NCBI GenBank assembly: GCA_033442325.1
Contig: JAWQFM010000028.1
Coordinates: 217,202 to 281,201, forward strand
DNA from: Salpingoeca rosetta
Taxonomy: Eukaryota > Protista > Choanoflagellata
Reading direction: 5' to 3'
Length of the DNA: 64,000 nt
Below the pieces are notes generated by a model. It was not told the origin of the DNA and ran no database searches. It saw only the letters and a list, made by a program, of their open reading frames with translations. Positions 56,433 through 64,000 of this stretch are shown here, piece by piece (the stretch's first letter is position 1; each line of letters begins with the position of its first letter). The translations under genes and the position numbers were made by a program.

Positions 56433-57425
56433 GGACGGACACACGCACACACACACACGCACACACACACACACATACACGCTCAGACACACACACACAC
56501 GCACGCACAACCCAAACTTACGGTCATGGTGCTCCACTTTTTGAGGTAGAAGAGAACAAAGTGCTTGAGAGCGCCGAGGAGGGGCAGGAGCGGGCAGAAG
56601 AACATGCCAAACCAGACCATGGCCTGTGTCCACAGCATCTCCAGCGTGCACTTGATCGTCTGGAAGCGCGCAGTTGGCAGATACCGCTTGAACCACGACG
56701 TCTTCTCGTACAACGCCTTGCGCACACTGATGGCGAGGAAGGTAATTGATGGCGAGGATGATGTGGATGGTGTGGATGAGTCATGACGAGGGTCAATGGT
56801 ATGCGCGTGTGAATGCGTGCATGCATGTGTGTGCGCCAGAGCGTTTTTGTTCAATGCAGGTGCTGCCTGCATCAACAGAACGACTCACGGGTCAATGGCG
56901 ATGGAGGTGACAATCTCAACAACAAACGAAATCACGAGGACGCTGTACATCTGTTGGCCAACATACGACTCCCAGCACTGCACACACACACACACACACA
57001 TAATGAGGTGAGTGATTGCAGAGATGGCGGTGGCAGAGTGATGGGTCTCCATGATGGCAGTAGTTCCATGACACACGCACACACACACACACACGCACAC
57101 ACACACACATACACAACACACACACAACACACACACACACATACACAACACACACACAACACACGCAAAAGACACACGACGCAAAGCACGGTTTCTGCAG
57201 ACCATGCGTTCGCGGCGCTGGAGGAAGTAGGTGTAGAAGAAGGCGTACAGGGAACCAATGCGAAGAACAATCGACCTGATGCACGCGGCAGTTGTGGGGG
57301 AGGGGGGAAGGGACATGAATTGGGGATTGGAAATCACATGACGAACGGAAGCAACCAACCACATGGCATTCCTTACATGTGTGTCAGATGCACAAAACCA
57401 CACGACTGAGCACAAGAACACGTCA

Positions 57426-57464
<39 letters not shown>

Positions 57465-58137
57465 CGCGCGCACACACACACACGAGCTACACACACACAC
57501 GCACACACAAACACATTCACACGCACACACACACACACACGAGCTACAGCAGCAGCGACAACAACACAACCACGCCCAGCACATGCATGTGTGCCCACGG
57601 ACCTGACGACGGTCCACTTGATGGTCTTGAGCGGCGTGGGCCACTCCTCAAAGCGCGACAAAATCTCAAACGAAATCGGCACGGCCTGGTTCAGCAGCGA
57701 CAGCACAATCGACGGAATCAGCCTGGGGTGGTGATGGTGATGGTGATGATGATGGTGATGGTGATGAGTGATGGTGGTGATGAGTGAACGAGGAAGGTGG
57801 CACGGTGATGTAGACATGTGTAAGACATATGTGTGTGTGTGTGTGTGATGGCTGTCGCGTTGGTTCGCGCCCCATACACGAGCAGCCATGTGTATATATT
57901 CAGCTGAATAGCAGCACGGCAGGCCAGACATGTGTGCATGACAACGCACTGCTCAAGGGCGTTTGTGGACGTGGCGAAGCGAGTGACGGCCACAGTAATC
58001 GCCCAGAACGATAGCACCAGGATCACAAGCACCACTGGCATTGTGTGTGCGCAGTGAGAAAAGGAGCGTGTGAATGCCGAGGGGTGGAGTGTGAGTGTGA
58101 ATGAGAAGAAGGGGCACCATGGAGCCCATGGCAGACG

Positions 58138-58200
<63 letters not shown>

Positions 58201-58311
58201 TGTGTACACGTGCACGTGTGTGCACGCGTGATGACTCACTGCAGGTGACGCCGATTCTCTTGAGCAGCAGCTTCTGTTGGTCTTTCTGTTGGCGGCAACG
58301 GTAACACGCAC

Positions 58312-58344
<33 letters not shown>

Positions 58345-59120
58345 TGAAAATGTGGCGTTGGTGGGTGCAACGCATGAGAAGCGGGACGAACAAACAAAGC
58401 GAGGGATCAGTGCACTCGCCAAAACACACATGTACACACACATGCACACACACACACACACATGCGCACAATCTCTCTCACACAATCACAACCGCACACA
58501 CGTCTGCGCGCACCTTTGCGTACTCCTCCATGCTCTGCTGTTCAAAGACGTGTTCGAGCAGCTCGCGGGCGATGGCGCGCTGCTTCGTGACAACAGCATC
58601 GGGCTCAAGGACAGTGTGGTCATACGACGAGAACACAATCTCGGAGATTGGGTGCTGGCCCTCGTCAAGGTACGAAGCAGCGCCGTAGATGTTGGTGGCA
58701 ACCCTAGAATGGGGGTGGTGGTGATGGTGGTGATGGTGTGTGATGGTGGTGGTGTGCGATGGTGGTGGTGTGGTGATGGTGGCGATGGTTAGAGGACTGC
58801 ATGAAGCCGTTGGGGGAAGAAGCAAGCACAATGCTGCACAGGTCGAAACACACACACACACACATGAACACACACACACACACACACAAACATGCAAGCT
58901 TTGCCACTCACTCCTTTGTGATGTAGAGGAAGAGGAGGATGAGCATTGCGCCCGTGACCATCAGATACGCGAGCGTGAAATCATAGCTCTCGCTCGCCGT
59001 GTAAATGTCTTGCGAAAATGTCATGGACCCAAGGAAGTACGCAGAGTTGTTCAGCACGCCCTGTTTCGGTGCCACGTGGCGTAGGCGTGTGTGTAGGCGT
59101 GTGTGTAGGCGTGTGTGTAG

Positions 59121-59174
<54 letters not shown>

Positions 59175-59638
59175 GTGCGTGCGCGTGTGTGAGTGTGTGC
59201 GAGCAGGAAGTGGTGTTGCAGCAGGGCCACTTCTGAACAGGAAAAACAAGTTGACACATGCGCTTCACAACTCATCGCCGACGCCGCCACAAGTCACAAC
59301 ACACAGACAGACACACAGACACAGACAGAAGACACACGCACAAACACACACACACACACACACATTGGCCCAAAGCGTTGGCCCAACGCGTTGGTGTGAC
59401 TCACGCCGCCGGAGAAGAGGCCGAGGATGACTTCCTCAGCAGTATACGAATCGTTTGCAATCGATGGCATGAGCACATTCTCCGCCGTGTCGTAGCCTTG
59501 CAGGATGGCATACTGATGGTGGTGGTGGTGGTGGTGGTGGTGGTGGTGAGGATGGTGGTGGTGGTGGTGGCGAGGATGGTTAGAGTTCGTGGCGGCGGCA
59601 GCTGTGACGATGCAGGTGTACACGTCTTCATGTTTGCC

Positions 59639-59696
<58 letters not shown>

Positions 59697-60092
59697 ACCA
59701 TCGCGTGAACCCGGGCTTCTCCCGGTTGGTCCTGGCGCGTGTGCGGTTGTGGTCTTATAATTGCTCGTGTAAATCGAACTTAGTATTTTAGCTATTGGGC
59801 GCTGGAAAAAAATTTATGCCACGTGACAAAGTGGCGATTTCCAGTCTCCTTAGCGCTACAGTGTCCGAGCTGCGGGTTCAACGACCTTCCCGCAACGAAT
59901 AATGGTATGACTTAAGTCCTTACACTATAATCCAGTATCGACGAAGAACACTGCTGTTTGGGGCTGCGGTTTATTTAAGGCATACTGAAATATATATCGG
60001 GTTAGTCGGCGAGTCCGCATCTAGACCAGTGCAATAATTCTTGAAAAGTAGGGGAAGGCAGGGTTTAGTTGGGGTCATTAGTGTTGTCTCCG

Positions 60093-60146
<54 letters not shown>

Positions 60147-62187
60147 AGCTGTGTGTATCCATGCGTGCACTCACTGGAACAATGCCGAAGGACACGTAGC
60201 AGATGCCGAGGATGATGTTGATGATGAAGTTGAGACGCAGGAACCTGAAGAGGAGCGCAACCGCGTGGGTGGTCGACACGTGTGAGTGAGAGAGAGAGAG
60301 TTCCAGGAAACACCAGTGCGCACTGTCGCGTGGTTCAATTGCCACACATGACACATGTGCGCAACCAGCAGAGGCCCACCATGCAGCGCCTGATGTCATC
60401 CATCCATCCATCCATCCATCCATCCATGCATGCATGGCCTACCGGAAGTATGTTCCAACAGCGGCGCCATGCCGGCCCTCCAGGATCTTGATGGACGTGT
60501 TCCAGATTTGCGCATCCATCACCGCATCCCAAATTCGCTGGCGAAACCGCCGCCAACGCTGTGTGAAGATGTGCGTGCGTGTGTGTGTGTGTGTATGAGG
60601 ACGTGTGTGTGTGTGCGTGTGTGTGTGTATGAAGACGTGTGTGTGTGTGTGTGTGGTTGAATAAGTGAGAAAGTGAGCGAACCTGTGGTTGCTTGTACAA
60701 CCATACACACACACAACACACACAGTCGCAATAACACAGCCGCATGCACATGAACACAACGCAGTGACGTACAACAGAGTATTCGGCGATGAACCACTGC
60801 CAGCCCGAGATCTGGGATTGCACGCGCTTCAGGCCCTCGCGGTCCACGCTAATGGAACACACACACACACACATGTGGAAGTTGTACAGCCGCGGGGGCC
60901 GTGGTGAGGTACGACAGCAATAAGAAGGTAACAAGGCACACGCAAAGAGTGTAAAGAAACGCACATATGATCGTACGCGTACCAATTATCCAGAACACAC
61001 ACACACGCACACACACACACACGCACACGCACACACACACACACATTATCGCTTCCCCCGCTTGTCTTCCACCATCACATGAACACATCAATACCAACCG
61101 CGCCTCCTGGATCTTGATGCTCATGCGGTGCGGCTTCTTCTTGATGTTGTCGAGCTGCCGCTTGTGCTTGTTGAGCTCCTCATCGCCGCCCCAGAGGGAC
61201 GTGCGACGGCGCGTGGCCTGCCGCGAAAACTGCTTTGATTGGCGCGAAGTGATGCGGCCCATGGTGGCTGCGACGGGGTCATCTGACTCGACAAAGGCAA
61301 GCTCGTTGAAGGTGGCCTCAAGTTGCAGGTTCTTTGCGGCGGGCGACTGGCTCGGAAGCATGTTCACAATGTCAACCAGATCAAACCGGCTGCTCCTACA
61401 GTGCGAGAATGAGAGTGAGTGTTTGGAGAAGGGGGGTTGATGTCATGTGTATGAGAGTGAGCAAAATGTTGAGGGAAGAGAGACAGAGAGAGTGTGTGTG
61501 TGTTTGTGTGTGTGTGTGTACGGGTGTGTGTGTGTGTGTGTATGTGTGTGTGTGTGTGTATGTGTGTGTGTGTGTACGCGCGTGTGTGTGTGTGTGTGTA
61601 CGCGTGTGTGTGTGTGTGCGCGCGTGTGTGTGCTTATGTGTGTAAACGTCATTGTTAACCCATGTACGTGAGCATGGAGAGCACTGATTGACTGCATGTG
61701 CGTACACTCTCGTGTGTCATCGTGAACAAGCAACAAACGGACTTTCGCCGAGCGCTGCTGCGATCATTGCCTGCAGGCCTTGGCGTGTGCTCGTGGCTGC
61801 TGGAGAAGCGAGGTGTTGGCTGGTATTGCGGCGGTGGAGCATCGCTGTAGTGGATCACGTCATTGACAACGGAAGGGAGGAGCAGGATAACGAGAGAGAA
61901 CAGGATAACGAGAGAGCAGGATAACAAGAGAGAACAGGATAACAAGAACATGTTGTGGGTGAGTGAAACCGCCAACTTGCATCGTTGTGACCATGGCGCC
62001 ATCCCATTGCCGGACAACACCCCCTCAAACAGCATGCTCGATCTCGCCCTCGGCCTCCCCCTCACCCTCGCCATCGCATTCACACACAAGCACACGTGAA
62101 CGAACACACGTACCGAGCCAGGGGGTTCTCCTCAAACTCCACCATCTCGTGGCTCTCGCCGTCATCGTCGTCGTGAGAGGAGGACAT
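54221..62187 (-). CDS. TMC: Transmembrane channel-like (TMC) family protein, roughly 20 exons
   Basis: [17 protein letters not shown]|FLR; YDFTLAYL; FEEW; TMC signature [11 protein letters not shown]; [21 protein letters not shown]...FYLKK; PPVRLFRA; PSGCGPYR; ERMDKIWIL. Ends WRGQQS* at 54221. Confidence 0.93.
59693..60094. other. ~400-bp compositionally foreign, non-repetitive segment embedded in a (GT)n tract inside a TMC intron
   Basis: About 48% GC by hand count, rich in TA dinucleotides, and lacking the CA/TG bias of the surrounding introns. Flanked by (GT)n on both sides. Confidence 0.75.
61878..61946. repeat. 17-bp minisatellite x4 (GAG[A/C]AGGATAAC[G/A]AGA-like) in the first TMC intron
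   Basis: Direct tandem copies with no spacers. Confidence 0.8.
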
Positions 62188-62387
62188 CGCTGATGGGGTG
62201 CTTTGTTGTTCGTGCTCTGCTCTGCTGTGCTGGGCAAGGCGTGACGACGCAGCAGCACAACAGTGAGTGGGTGGGTGGGTTTTCGTCAGGAGGAGGGAGG
62301 AGCGGTCGGAAAAAGTGGTTGACAACTGAAATCAGTCGCTACTGTTTATGTTGTTCATAACCCTCCATGCGAGCGGTCGCTGCGATT
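62188..62387. promoter_or_regulatory. Probable bidirectional promoter between TMC and CRCP
   Basis: Head-to-head ATGs are 200 bp apart. Inferred from geometry only. Confidence 0.55.
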
Positions 62388-63992
<1,605 letters not shown>

Positions 63993-64000
63993 CTCGCATT

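Noticed and set aside
59995-60075. CTAACCC and CTAAACCCT on the minus strand of the foreign island, resembling telomerase RNA templates
   Set aside because: Matches of 7-9 nt can arise by chance, and no supporting pseudoknot or other telomerase RNA element is visible.

Overview
Gene-dense, intron-rich, GC-rich eukaryotic DNA in which almost every intron carries (CA)n/(GT)n microsatellites. The style and gene content fit a choanoflagellate such as Salpingoeca rosetta (inference). I assembled 13 spliced protein-coding genes by hand from GT-AG junctions and reading frame, in this order: LCLAT1/AGPAT-type acyltransferase (-, partial); orphan coiled-coil protein (-); ~2400-aa TENT5/FAM46-like nucleotidyltransferase (+); small secreted triple Cys-repeat protein (-); NAE1 (+); large mucin-stalk receptor with a cytoplasmic SH3 domain (+); secreted protein of ~11 bacterial-type PPC-like domains (-); Set2/SETD2 (+); cyclophilin PPIH (-); SPAG1 (+); DDX28-like helicase (+); TMC channel (-); CRCP/RPC9 (+). 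Most ORFs in the supplied track are microsatellite or antisense artefacts. I found no CRISPR array, rRNA, tRNA or transposase. The main leads are: the TENT5 with a split catalytic core and huge disordered regions; the mucin/SH3/PDZ-ligand receptor and its convergent PPC-array neighbour; a Set2 that lacks its NHSC catalytic segment but has a KH-like insert; a PPIH lacking its last exon; a compositionally foreign ~400-bp island in a TMC intron; and (GT)n-then-(CA)n polarity in introns. All exon models are manual predictions without RNA evidence.
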